Shown: positions 1 through 18,164 of the stretch, in pieces
Position numbering within the stretch: position 1 is the first letter of the stretch
Layout: every line of letters begins with the position of its first letter
Assembly: GCF_009914755.1 (NCBI RefSeq)
Contig: NC_060930.1
Length of the DNA stretch: 64,000 bases
Reading direction: 5' to 3' (one strand)
Origin: the human T2T-CHM13v2.0 reference genome, Homo sapiens
Notes under the pieces: model-generated
Told to the model about the DNA's origin: nothing
What the model saw: only the letters and a program-made list of their open reading frames with translations
Databases searched by the model: none
Made by a program: the position numbers and the translations under genes

Positions 1-829
1 CAACATGCTGTTAAATTGCAGAGCAAGGGTACCACAAAATCTGTAATATATAATTTTAGCAAAAAATGTTCTTCTGAGAATATGTTCAGCTAATTTAAAG
101 CATAGTTTCATTAGCATAACCATCTTTCCACATATAGCGGAGTGGAATTCCTAAAACGTCACCAGCACTTGGGTCGATAGGATTTTGCCATCACACTCGG
201 TTCTCTCTCCTGCTGGTTCTTACCTCTTTGGCTAAGAAGCAGAGGCCCCTTTCTCCCAATTTATCTGATCTCTTCCTGCAGCACCCCCTGGAGCTCCCCC
301 TGAAGAACAACATCAAAGCCATTTAGGGCTGGAAGCTGGTGGCCAGCCATATGGAATTACAGCCCAGGCTCTTGCCGGATTATAGACTATAACATATGAA
401 CCAAATGACAGTGCCATGGCATCGAGGGAAAGCTGGTAAAGCCTCCAGTTTTGAATGGAAAATATGACTGTGTATTTATACACAGGCTCCTCATAAACAA
501 CCTGAATGTTTCACCAACATCCCGAGGAAACAAGGGATGGGCTGAGTTAAAAACAGCTCTAGAACGCCTCTCTTCTAACTAAATTACCCATGCTGTCCTA
601 TCTCCTGAGGGTGTTTACTTAAATGTGCTTCTTTGCATATTTCAGAATTAGAAAAAATGCTTATCAACAAATAACTGAAAACGTAAAAGAAAATGGCTCA
701 CATAGCAGAGAGCCTTATCTGACACATTATTATTGTCACAACATCCAACCACACCTTATTCATCCTGAATCTGGGTATTTGGCAGTCGAATCTATCCAGG
801 TCTCTACTTCCTAATCTCTCATTTACTTT

Positions 830-1775
830 TCAACCTCCTGCAGTCTAGTTTCTGTCTCTCCTCCTCCATGGTACCTATTTAAACTTTGCACCTCCAGAGT
901 GACACCTTTTGTCTGTACATTTTGGAATATTGTCATGATAGAGCCAGTTGCCTAGGCATGACCTCAAAGTTGCCCTTTGCTGCTTCCTCTCTCTAGCATA
1001 TCTACATCCAAATAGTTTCCAAGTCCTGGTTATGCTGCCTCCTGAATAATTTTTTCCTCCCTCCCCTCAACTTCGTCCTCACTACTTACTACTTGCTTTA
1101 GTTTGGCTCTTAGTCTCTTTGCCAGAACTAGCAAAGTTCTCCTAACTGCTTTTCCTGCCTCTAATCCCGCCCTCCCCTTTATTCCGTCTGTTACAACCGC
1201 TGCAAGATTATACAATGCAAACCAGTTCACATCAGTGCTTGTTTGAAGACCTCCAATCCCTGTTACAAATAGAATCAAGGCCAAAAGTCCTTCATAACCT
1301 GGTCCCCAGCTGTCTTTACATCACTTTCATAGCCCTTACCATGTCTTCCACCTCCTCTTCCCTGCCCCTGTACGCCAGCCACAGATTTCCTGCAGTTCCC
1401 AAGCACGCCGTGTTTTTTCATTTCTCCATGCTTTTGTCAGGACCATTTCTTCTGTTTTCAGTGCTGCCTCCCACTTTGTCAGGAAAATTCGACCTATACT
1501 TCAAGATCCAGCTCAAATGTCACCCGGTCTGGAAAGCCATCCCTTCCATCTCCCCTAGCGAAGTTAGTGACCCTCTTCTGTGAAGCTACATCTTTATACG
1601 TTCCTTTGTATTAGTGCTTCTTTCGCTGCCAATGTTGTCAATATGTATCTGTCTCCTCATCATTCTTAGGATTATTTAAGGGCAGCGACTAAACCCTGTT
1701 TATCTTTGTATTTCCAGTGACTAACAAGGTTTAGGTACTGGGGAGATTTCTACATGTGTATTGAATGAATGAGTG
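830..1775 (+). mobile_element. Degenerate LINE-2 (L2) fragments
   Basis: Pyrimidine-rich L2-like tracts (e.g. TCAAGATCCAGCTCAAATGTCACC) ending in the L2 3' repeat TGAATGAATGA at ~1762-1772; boundaries approximate. Confidence 0.6.
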
Positions 1776-2668
1776 GATGCAGAACTCATTGCAAGGAATT
1801 GATTCAATAAAACCTTTACAAATTAAAAATTTTTATTAGAGCTTCATATTTTCATAGTGAAAATTACTTTCTCTTCCTGTTTCACCCAAGAAAACAAAGA
1901 CAATCTACAAATTGAGTAGACATTTAGCAAGAGAAAGAATTAAATCATGGTTTCCATTTCTGAACCTTCTTTTTTCAGGCAAAAAAAAAAAAAAAAAAAA
2001 TGGTTGCAAATTTCCCAGGGTGATAAACAGAGTACATTAACATTTGTATCAATGGAAGACAACAGAAACAGGATCTGAGGGAGTGATAGGTATAGAAGCA
2101 CAGTGGCCCACTGTTAAATTAGTGAGTTTCTTTCAGGATGTCTGGGAAGCATTTAATGACTCTAGGGATCAATTTGTTTTTAATTTAAAAAGAATGCATC
2201 GTTTACAAATCACCAATTAAATACTTATTCACCTTCTTTTATTTCGTATTAAAATGGACTTTCAGATGTTTGACAAAGGCAGTTTGCTCTTCCTCCTCTG
2301 CCATGACTTTTATTTCCCCAAATACAAAAAGAATGTTTCCTAAATTACACAGCTTGTAACACTTTTCTCCCTCCTCTTTTCCAAGCCTTTGCTCACTGCT
2401 CAGGCAGAACTGAAACATCACTCTCTTTGAGAAGTCTCCCCTGACCCTCTCAGACTAGATTCAGAGCCCTAGCTACATGTGCCCTTAGCACCTTGGACTT
2501 TATAATTACTACTAGTCTAGGTTAAATGAAGGCCTAGATCACTTTTCACTTGCTCATCATCGTATTCCATTCTTGTATGTAGTAAGTGTTTAATAAATAC
2601 TTATTTAATGAGAAATGACATAATGGTTAAACTGGTAAAAACATGCCTGCTGGGGGAAAAAACAACAT

Positions 2669-3140
2669 TGTCTCAGATTGCATTCTCCCCAAACAGACAC
2701 TGAGATGAGGATTTGGGTGTCAGGAATTTATTTGGGAGATGATCCCAAGAAAACAGGGAAAGGAAGAAAACCAGTGATAGGTGCATTTATGGGTGGATTT
2801 TCCCAGTGGGAAAGTAGGGCTCATTCCCACCAGGACCCTCCACAAGACTGTTACAGAGCACACCTCAGCATTGCTCCCCAAGGGGCGAAGAAGCAGGGTA
2901 TTTATTCAACAGCTCCTGCTTTTCATTGCTGGAGGGCTGCTCTCGGAGGTGGGAATATTCTACCTCCCCAGCACTTCCAACTTACCCTGTGTGCCCTGAC
3001 ATTCAGAGAAAGCCGTTGGGCAGAGAGAGGTGCAGACCCTGGAGGCAGGATGCTTTTGGCATGTATAGGTATGTCCACTAAAGTTGCAATGATCTGCGGG
3101 GTGGACTGGGAAGAAGTGGGCAGAGTATCAACAGTGTCTT
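2669..3140 (-). mobile_element. ERVL solo LTR (LTR16/LTR33-like)
   Basis: Starts TGTCTCAGATTGCATTCTCCCCAAACAGACACTGAGATGAGGATTTG, the reverse complement of a typical LTR16/33 3' end; subfamily from memory. Confidence 0.6.
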
Positions 3141-3236
3141 CTATGGTCAGCACTATTGATGTTTTTCTTCTAAATTTCTAAATTAAAAACATGTATGTTA
3201 GAAAATTACCAAGCATACTTGTGTACTTCTAAGTTT

Positions 3237-3356
3237 TATGTGGTTATCTAAGTAACAGGATCTACCTCTAAATGATAATATTATAACATCCTATAGTATG
3301 TGGTTATCTAAGTAACAGCATCTACCTCTAAATGATAATAGTATAACATCCTATAG
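3237..3356. repeat. 60-bp tandem duplication (2 copies, 2 mismatches)
   Basis: 3237-3296 vs 3297-3356 differ only at 3259/3319 and 3281/3341. Confidence 0.95.
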
Positions 3357-4284
3357 AATCACAGTAAACCACACAAGATTCATCTGCTCTAGGAACACAT
3401 AACATCCAATCATAGATGCTTAGATCACGTTCGTCAGCCAATCATCCTTTTAGTATTATTTACCTATTTGATGATCTCTAATCTGTGTCTGTGTGTGTCT
3501 TATAATATATAGTTTTGATAATATTCCACTTTTTTATATACTAAACATTTGTACTATACAATGTTTTCTCTGTGGATCAGTTGCTAAATCAAGGATTTAA
3601 AGGATTAAAGGACAAAAAGCTGGCATTAACTCTCCCGGGCAATGTGTTGGTGTTCTGTGTTTACATTATAATTTTTAAGTGCCCTATGGTCAAAGAAATT
3701 TGGAAAATTCTGTTTTAAAGTCAAGCTCTACTGAAAATGTTTTAATGGTTCCCCACTTTCCATTGAATTAAGAACATCTTACCAAGCCATTCAAGACACT
3801 CCACAAATTAGTTCCAACATGTTCCCCTTTCCCTCCAATCAAACTGAACCACGCGTCTCTGTCCCTACACAGCCTGCTTCACCGCCAGCACCCATCACCT
3901 TCTGTGGGCCTCCTTCTGCCCTGACCTCTCTTCTCCCCCATCTCCAATCTCTGCCTGCTAAATCACGCCACCTTTTAAGGTACATCTTAAATCCCATAAG
4001 TTTTCATTTCTCATCACACTTACAAAGTGAGGTCTCCATCTCATCTGCCTTTAAACCCTCTAGTCTCTGTGTTTACTTCTCTTGAAGCTCTTTATGTAGA
4101 CTGCTTTCTAGTATAGCATTCAGAATGTGCCATTCTTTCCTCTAGCCTAATGCCTTTCTAAGACAGTTTAAAGTTCCCTCAAGGGCAGATCCATGACTTT
4201 CTCATTTTTGTATTCTATCCTACCTTTAGTAGAGTGCCTGGCATATAATACTCAAACGTTAAATGTTTGTTGAGTTGAATTTTT

Positions 4285-4933
4285 AAACTTGATTGTAAAA
4301 TTCACTTACGGTATAGTACACTTTTTTGAAATACACAGTTCTGTGAATTTTGACAAATGTATACAGCCATATAACCATCACCATAATTGGGATACAGAAC
4401 AATTCTATCACTCCTCCCACCTCCAAATTCTCTCATGTTGCTTATTTGTCATCAAATCATCTCCTCACTTTGGGCTCCTGACAGCTACTGATCTATTCTT
4501 GATCCCTATAATTTTGCCTTTTCTAGAATGTCATATCAATAAAATCATACAATATGTAACCTCTGAGTCTGGCTTCTTTGCTCAGTGTAATGTATTTGCA
4601 ATTCATTCATTATTTTGCAAGTATCAATAGTTTGTTCTTTTGTATTGTTGAGTAGTATTCCATGGATTGGATGTACCACTGTTTGTTTATCCTTTCAACC
4701 ACTTAAGGATGTAAGCCTTCATTTATCTAGGGTTAGTGCCTAGGAGAAGGATTTCTGGGTCATATTGTTAGTGTATGATTAAATTTATAAGAACTCCCAA
4801 AACTGTTTTCCAAAATGAATATACCATTTTGCATTCCCACTGGAAATATTTCAGAATTCCAGATGCTCTCTATCCTCATCAGCACTTGGTATTGACACTT
4901 AAGAAATTTTTTAGCCATTTAGTAAGTACTAGT
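4285..4933 (-). mobile_element. Old L1M (L1MB/MC-like) 3' portion, left part, interrupted by the young L1PA
   Basis: Typical antisense L1M 3' end text (TTCTAGAATGTCATATCAATAAAATCATACAATATG; ACTGTTTTCCAAAATGAATATACCATTTTGCATTCCCAC); continues after 11110. Confidence 0.8.
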
Positions 4934-5203
4934 GGGGGTGGAGCCAAGATGGCCGAATAGGAACAGCTCCAGTCTACAGCTCCCAGCATAAGCAACACAG
5001 AAGACGAATGATTTCTGCATTTCCAACTGAGGTACTGGGTTCATCTCACTGGGGATTGTCGGACAGTGGGTGCAGGACAGTGGGTGCAGTGCACCAAGCG
5101 TGAGCCGAAGCATGGCGAGGCATTGCCTCACGTGGGAAGTGCAAGGGGTCAGGGAATTCCCTTTCCTAGCCAAGGAAAGAGGTGACAGACAGCACCTGGA
5201 AAA

Positions 5204-5386
5204 TCAGGTCACTCCCACCCTAATACTGCACTTTTCCAATGGTCTCAGCAAAGAGCACACCAGGAGATTGTATCCTGCGGCTGGCTCAGAGGACCCTACG
5301 ACCACGGAGCCTTGCTCATTGCTAGCACAACAGTCTGAGATCAAACTGCAAGGTGGCGGTGAGGCTGGGGGAGGGGCACCTGCCAT
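5204..5386 (-). pseudogene. L1 antisense ORF0, truncated to 60 aa
   Basis: MAGAPPPASPPPCSLISDCCASN...IRVGVT matches primate L1 ORF0; ATG at 5386-5384; early TGA at 5206-5204. Confidence 0.8.
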
Positions 5387-5957
5387 TGCCGAGGCTTGAG
5401 TAGGTAAACAAAGTGGCCGGGAAGCTCGAACTGGGTGGAGCCCACCGCAGCTCAAGGAGGCCTGCCTGCCTCTGTAGACTCCACCTCTGGGGGTAGGGCA
5501 TAGCCAAACAAAAGCCAGCAGAAACCTCTGCAGACTTAAATGCCCCTGTCTGACAGCTTTGAAGAGAGTAGTGGTTCTCCCAGCACGCAGCTTGAGATCT
5601 GAGAACCGACAGACTGCTTCCTCAAGTGGATCCCTGACCCCCGAGTAGCCTAACTGGGAGGCATCCCCCAGCAGGGTCAGACTGACACCTCACAAGGCCA
5701 GGTACCCCTCAAAGACAAAACTTCCAGAGGAATGATCAGGCAGCAACATTTGCTGTTCAATATCCGCTGTTCTGCAGCCTCCGCTGCTGATACCTAGGCA
5801 AACAGGGTCTGGAGTGGACCTCCAGCAAACTCCAACAGACCTGCAGCTGAGGGTCCTGACTGTTAGAAGGAAAACTAACAAACAGAAAGGACATCCACAT
5901 CAAAATCCAATCTGTACGTCACCATATCAAAGACCAAAGGTAGATAAAACCACAAAG

Positions 5958-6974
5958 ATGGGAAAAAAACAGAGCAGAAAAACTGAAAATTCTAAAAATC
6001 AGAGCACCTCTCCTCCTCCAAAGGAATGCAGCTCCTCACCAGCAATGGAACAAAGCTGGACGGAGAATGACTTTGACGAGTTGAGAGAAGAAGGCTTCAG
6101 ATGATCAAACTACTCTGAGCTAAAGGAGGAAGTTCAAACCCATGGCAAAGATGTTAAAAACCTTGAAAAAAGATTAGACGAATGGCTAACTAGAACAACC
6201 AATGCAGAGAAGTCCTCAAAGGACCTGACGGAGCTGAAAACCACCGCATGAGAACTACATGACAAATGCACAAGCCTCAGTAGCCGATTCGATCAACTGG
6301 AAGAAAGGGTATCAGTGATGGAAGATCAAACGAATGAAATGAAGTGAGAAGAGAAGTTTAGAGAAAAAAGAATAAAAAGAAACGAACAGAGCCTCCAAGA
6401 AATATGGGACTATGTGAAAAGACCAAATCTAAGCCTGATTGGTGTACCTGAAAGTGACGGGGAGAATGGAACCAAGTTGGAAAACACTCTGCAGGATATT
6501 ATCCAGGAGAACTTCCCCAATCTAGCAAGGCAGGCCAACATTCAGATTCAGGAAATACAGAGAATGCCACAAAGATACTCCTCGAGAAGAGAAAGTCCAA
6601 GACATGTAATTGTCAGATTCACCAAAGTTGAAATGAAGGAAAGAATGTTAAGGGCAGCCAGAGAGAAAGGTCAGGTTACCCACAAAGGGAAGCCCATCAG
6701 ACTAACAGCTGATCTCTCAACAGAAACTCTACAAGCCAGAAGAGAGTGGGGGCCAATATTCAACATTCTTAAAGAAAAGAATTTTCAACCCAGAATTTCA
6801 TATCCAACCAAACTAAGCTTCATAAGTGAAGGAGAAATAAAATCCTTTACAGACAAGCAAATGCTGAGAGATTTTGTCACCACCAGGCCTGCCCTAAAAG
6901 AGCTCCTGAAGGAAGCACTAAACATGCAAAGGAACAACCGGTACGAGTCACTGCAAAAACATGCCAAATTGTAA
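5958..6974 (+). pseudogene. L1 ORF1p (RNA-binding/chaperone), disrupted
   Basis: MGKKQSRK... start at 5958, premature TGA at 6102-6104 plus further stops; C-terminal RPNLSLIGVPE...RPALKELLKEALNM...KHAKL intact. Confidence 0.95.
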
Positions 6975-7037
6975 AGACCATCAAGGGTAGGAAGAAACTG
7001 CATTGACTAATGAGCAAAATAACCAGCTGACATCAGA

Positions 7038-10878
<3,841 letters not shown>

Positions 10879-11110
10879 ACAATGAGAACTCATGGACACA
10901 GGAAGGAGAACATCACACACCAGGGCCTGTTGTGGGGTGGGGGAAGGGGGAGGGATAGCATTAGGAGATATACCTAATGTTAAATGACAAGTTAATGGGT
11001 GCAGCGCACCAACATGGCACATATATACATATGTAACAAACCTGCACATTGTGCACATGTACCCTAAAACTTAAAGTATAATAAAAATAAATAAATAAAT
11101 AAGTGCTAGT

Positions 11111-11870
<760 letters not shown>

Positions 11871-12129
11871 TACATTGAATTGAATTGAACACCTTTGAGA
11901 GACATTTTTTCTTTATGTTGGAAGGCCCTGTTTCCAGTTCAACCATTGTAAGCCTTAAGATGTTCCATTTTCTTATATCAGGGTTATAACTCTAATAAGA
12001 ATCCCCTTTAAGGCTGAGCAAATTTGAACCAAAGAAAGGCTTAATTTTAATTAAGTAGGTTGACTGCAATGACTGTTAATAAAGAATAAATATATTAAAT
12101 GCTGAAAATATCTACTCCTTGCTTTGAGT

Positions 12130-12187
12130 AAGTATTGGTTGGCAAAATCAACACAAAGTATTGGTTGGCAAAATCAACACAAAGTAT
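12130..12187. repeat. Perfect 26-bp tandem duplication
   Basis: AAGTATTGGTTGGCAAAATCAACACA x2 (12130-12155, 12156-12181) followed by AAGTAT. Confidence 0.95.
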
Positions 12188-12882
12188 GCACGCTTATCTA
12201 TGTATTTATCAATTCGTTTATACACACACACATATCTGTAGACTTAAAGAGGTATCAGCAATTGCCTCTCTCTAGACCTTTAAGCCATAATTGTTTAGAA
12301 ATTCCAGCTACCCTTTTCCTGGAAGCAGGAGATTTTGGTTAGTGGGTTTAGGATTTGTCATAAATTGTCACATTATCCAGTTTATAAAATGTCCTTGATT
12401 TGGGTAGACCAAAGATAGATTTTCCATTACATCACTTAGAAATGGATAGGTCTTCCCATAAACACACTTTGACATTTTATCCCAACTTTCATATTTTGTA
12501 TGTTTTATTTCCATTTTTAATGGCACTTTTGCTGGCAACCAGCACATCCCTTTTGATGCTGCTGGCAATGTCAAGACGCTTGAGTGCCTTTCTTAGCCCC
12601 AAATCAGCGAGAACAGCAGCATGGCTTTTCTGCCAAGCCCACTGTGTTTGAGGCCTGAGGCATCTCCATCACCACTGGACTCAATGAAACCTTCACACAC
12701 AGCTGGATGCATTTTTTAATTTCTTGGATTTATGATTGATGACTTTCTCACTATTGTTGATTCATTAGGGTTTATGGGTTCACTTATAATATGATTCTGT
12801 CAGGCTTTAGCCTAAAATATTACCCTTGAACTTAAAAAAATGCAATGGTGTAGGCCAGCCTTTAAAAAAAAAGTACAGAACA

Positions 12883-13382
12883 TGTACTCTGGAAGACTGA
12901 ATTATTCATTCCAACTTTTTACTCCCCTGCAATTGGATTATACATCTATACCCTTTGCCTTGTAGCATTGCATTGTTCCTCCACAGGACAATGAGATAGT
13001 GAGAGGGGTTTGCTTCCCCCTAAACTCCTCTTTATTGAATATGGACTCGGCCAATGAAATATAGTAGAAGTGACATGAACAGAGGCTTTATGTATGCTTA
13101 CATGGTTTGGTTGTCCTTTTGTGCTCCTGTGATTATCATGAAAAAAGCATGACCCAGTTAGCTTCTATCCCCTCAGCTTAGACCCAGAATGAAACACATA
13201 GAGCTAACCCACACCTGATCTTCAGCCTGGACCTAAACCAGGCAACCTTTATCCTGAAGCAGAGCTATCCTAGCCAAGGACCAGTGAGTAAACAATAAAT
13301 AAATAAATAAATAAAATGCTGTTATTTATGAGCCACTGAGTTTTGTTATGTGGCATTGTTATAGCAATAGCTGACTAATACA
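12883..13382 (+). mobile_element. MaLR solo LTR (MLT1-type)
   Basis: 3' end AATAAA...AGCCACTGAGTTTTG...TTATAGCAATAGCTGACTAATACA is typical of MLT1. Confidence 0.75.
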
Positions 13383-15034
13383 CTTATCCATCTCCCAGTC
13401 TCCCAATCATGTTTCCCATGGACAGTCATGTCCATGTGGAACCCAGCACCAATTGTTATTTGGTAGGATAAACAAACAAGTGAATACTTGCAGACATAAT
13501 AACTATCTTCTCATGAATTTTTCTTCAGCCAGGTTCATTCTTCAAGAATCTACTCTGAGCAGATTCTCTCAGTATGCTTTTAGTAAGATGAATGTATCCA
13601 GAATTATAGAATGTAAACACTGTCACATCTTAATTGTCCTCATAAGTGCTAGATCCCAGGACCTGCAGCTTCTGTCAATTTGCTGTATTATGATTTATGC
13701 ATGGAGTGATGGCACAGGTTATGAGCTGTAGGAGCCAAATTTCTTGGCAGTAGGAAGAGCCATTAAAATCCAGTCTTTCCCTAATAATATTAACAAACCC
13801 TGATTATTAGCAGTTGATAAAACATCTATTGCAATGCTCAGAGAGTATCCACGTGGAATAACAGTCTACTCCTGTTTCACCTTTATTCCTAAATTAATAC
13901 ATTTCTTGGCATCCCTTTCTCCATGACTATAGGTGCATTTTGTAGTTACACTACGAGGGTTGGCCAGACCTCACAAGTGTAATTTCTTACACCCAGATCT
14001 TTAGCTAGATAGATTAATTGGAATCATTTAGCACACTGTAATCAATGTGCTATTTCAACATTGAAGGACATAGGTTGATAGTCCCTTTACAAGGCATGTC
14101 TCAGAATTGAATGCCATTATCTTACCAGCAGAAAGTTTCTAGTTGACCTTCTGCTCCAGATTTGTACCTTTACAAATCTGGTCAAATAGTTGTCCTACTT
14201 TCAATGTATCATGCAAAGTCCCAAAATTTTAAAAATAATCACCAAGTACAGAAAATCTTACTTAAGTTATAAAATATGCGTTGGCATGCTTTATTTTCTC
14301 AAAACCTACCTCCCCTTCTCCACCTTGACCTTTTCTACTTCTCATACCACTATTTCCTTCCTCATTGAATCAGATTGTTTATCCTCTGGCTGCCCAAGCA
14401 CAGGCTGACTGGGCAAGGTTTAATTGTATGAGACATGATTAGCCTATACGAACAAATTCTGAAGGGAGATATTGTAGTTTCCTTTTAATGTTTACTGGTC
14501 TCTTATATAGAGGAGGGAGTACATTTGTCCTATTTTGCCATTGAAAGAACAGAGCTGGACAAATATGAGCCAGTTTTAGATAGAAAGTTTGGGCCCAATT
14601 AAAAAGCTTTAAACAACTGGGAATGTCCAATACAAGAGCAAAAAGCAGTGAGCTCCTTGTCAGTGGATGTGTTCAAGTTTCTTAGGCATAATAGAGAGGG
14701 AATTCTTGTGTCTCTGAGTATCTGCCAGTCCCCAGATATTATGATTTGGTCTATTTGATTCTTTATAGTTTATCAACACAAGCATTTGTGCTGTTTAGCT
14801 GGGACAATACAGACTACCAAGTGCCATAATATTTTTATTATTCTAGGATGAAATGGAAAAGACAAGCGAAATTCGTAGCCTTGAATCTGATATGTCCTTC
14901 TGAATAGTTTGGCTTCTGTGAAATCTAAATTAAAAGATAATGTGTATGATGGAAAACATTCCATTTCTTTGCATTGTGTTGGTTAGTTTTTCGTTACATC
15001 TACAGTTGATCCCCACTGTCTAGAGACATAAACA

Positions 15035-15469
15035 CAGTTGACGCTAGATCAACATGGGTTTGAATTGTGTGGGTCCACTTATACAGAGATTTTTTTCTGT
15101 CTCTGCCACCCATGAGATGCCAAGACCAACCCTTCCTCTTCCTACTCCTTAGCCTTCTTGACATGAAGATGAGGATGAAAACCTTTATGATGATGCACTT
15201 CCACTTAATGAATGTAAATATATTTTCCTTTCCTTATGATTTTCTTAAGAACATTTACTTTTCTCTAGCTTACCCTATTGTAAGGACACAATATATAATA
15301 TATAACATATAAAATATGTGTTAATCCACTATTTATGTTATAGGTAAGGCTTCTGGTAAACAGTAGGCTATTAGTAGTTAAATTCTGGGGGAGTCAAAAA
15401 TTTTATACAGAGTTTTGACTACAGGGGTGGTCAGTGTCCCCAGCCTCCATGTTGTTCAAGGGTCAGCTG
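15035..15469. mobile_element. Tigger2a-like non-autonomous Tc1/mariner DNA transposon
   Basis: TIRs CAGTTGACGCTAGATCAACA ... TGTTCAAGGGTCAGCTG followed by TA; 435 bp. Confidence 0.85.
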
Positions 15470-15799
15470 TACATGTGTAACTTTATGGCTGAGAAAACGT
15501 TAATTTACCATCTGCCGTAGCAGTTCTAAAAGCAGTTCTTGTCACTCTCTTTTCTATTTCCTAACCACAACTTTCGGTTAAGTTTCTTTTAATCTTGTTA
15601 CATTACTATATAGAGAGTACTATGAGTAACACTTTCTATGTAGGCTTATTAAATTAAATCAAGAATGGAATACAAAATGTACAAAACTGGTATTATATAT
15701 AGTGAGAATTCTCCCTCTAAAAAAAATCAAGTCAGCTTCAAAAAAAAAAAAATAAATAAATAAATAAGACTTTAGTTTCACCATCCAAATGGTTTAATT

Positions 15800-16180
15800 T
15801 GAGATTTGGAATTATTTTCCTCTGCCTAGAAACAACCTTCAGAATGTCCTTCACTGTGATCTCTTAGTGGTGAACTATCTCAGTGTTTGACAGAAAATGT
15901 TATTCTTGAAGAATATTTTTCCTGATGAAGAATAGCAGTTACTATTATTATTTTCAACACACCAAAGATATTGATCCTCTGGCTTCTAGCATCCATTGCT
16001 GCTATTGAGAAGTCAGCTATCAGTCTAACTGCGGCTTATTTGAAGGTAGTCTTTTTTTTATCTGGCTACTTTTGGGATTTCTCCTTGTCTTTGACTTTTT
16101 GTAGTTTCTCTCCAATGCAACTAGATAAGAATTTCATTTATCTACATGGTTTGGAATTCATTATGTTCCTTGAATTAGAG
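15800..16180 (-). mobile_element. Old L1M fragment
   Basis: CTCTGGCTTCTAGCATCCATTGCTGCTATTGAGAAGTCAGCT-type antisense L1M text; probably continues ~17000-17330. Confidence 0.6.
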
Positions 16181-16200
16181 CATAAATTTTGGTTTGATGT

Positions 16201-16997
<797 letters not shown>

Positions 16998-17729
16998 TCC
17001 CTAATTTTTGCTTCTGTATTTTCTGAGTTGGTTATTTATTTCTCCATGCTTCATTTTTAATATTTTTGACCCATATGCCAATTCTATAGTTTTCTCTTCA
17101 GATACTACTAACTCTATGTGTTGAAGTCTTGATTTGGTTATTATATTTTTTAATTCTATATTTTTTATTTAATTTATTTTCAAGTATTGCAGGTCACTTT
17201 TTATGGTTTCCAGTTCCATGCTGTAATTTTCAGCTTGTCCTTTTTAGCTCATTGGACATAATAAGCATAGTTTTTTTGTTTTGTTTTTTCTAGCCTGTCT
17301 CTAATGATTCTAATATCTGGAATCCTATATCCTATTCTTTTTACTTCACATTATGTTATACACACAAAGTTACTTAATGTCCTTACTTATAATTTTGATA
17401 TCTGTGTAACATTCTGTTGATCAAAGAAATGATAGTTTCCTCATTTTTAAAATGAGGATATGTCTACCTCTTGGGGTAGTTGCCTGGCTCACAGTGATAG
17501 TCTTCTTGTAGAGTAAACCCTAAGTAATTATTTCTGTCCTCTTGTATCTTTGCAATAACTTATGATTTTTAAAATAATATTTGTATATAGGTGGGTCTTG
17601 AAGAAAACATGGAAAATAAAATAAATCGATAGGGTATTGGGATTGTGTGTGTTTAAATTTTCTATTTTTATATTGGAATATGTTTGGGTAGTAAGTTCAA
17701 ATCATGAAAAATTGAGTGTCTTAAAGATA

Positions 17730-17990
17730 AAATGATAATAGCCAATATTTTAATAAGCACCTACTATGTACCAGGCCCTATTTGAAGCTCTTTACATCTA
17801 TAAAGTAAATTAGTCCTCCCAGAAACCCTCTTTGAGCAATATTATTATTATGCCTGTTTTACAAATGCAAAAGTCGAGGCACAAAAGGGTTAAATAACTT
17901 ATTCATAGTCGCACAGTTAGTAAAAAACTATGCCAGGATTCTGACACAAGCGGCCTGGCCCCGCCCCAGAATCCAGTTTCTTAATTACTT
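17730..17990 (-). mobile_element. MIR SINE
   Basis: AAGCACCTACTATGTACCAGGC...TTTTACAAATGCAAAAGTCGAGGCACAAAAGGGTTAAATAACTT core. Confidence 0.75.
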
Positions 17991-18164
17991 ATTGGTTCAT
18001 GAAAAAAGGAAGCAGAAAGGAAAATTAAACAAGAATGTCAAAAAGTATACCTCCACCAACCTTATTATTACATCTTTTTCAATATCCTCAGAACCATTCT
18101 GTGCTAATCCTAGAGGGCTCGGAAAGAAAAGATGGGAAGGAAAAAGGAAGGTATTCCAGGTCCT

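Noticed and set aside
1981-2000. A20 run as the tail of a processed pseudogene (also the A-rich tract at 15740-15767)
   Set aside because: No flanking TSD or recognisable upstream retrocopy
2678-3181. 167-aa ORF
   Set aside because: Lies within an ERVL LTR, has a non-ATG start and no recognisable homology
12368-12720. Possible coding exon in unique sequence
   Set aside because: Short ORFs with no recognisable protein and no convincing splice-site pair
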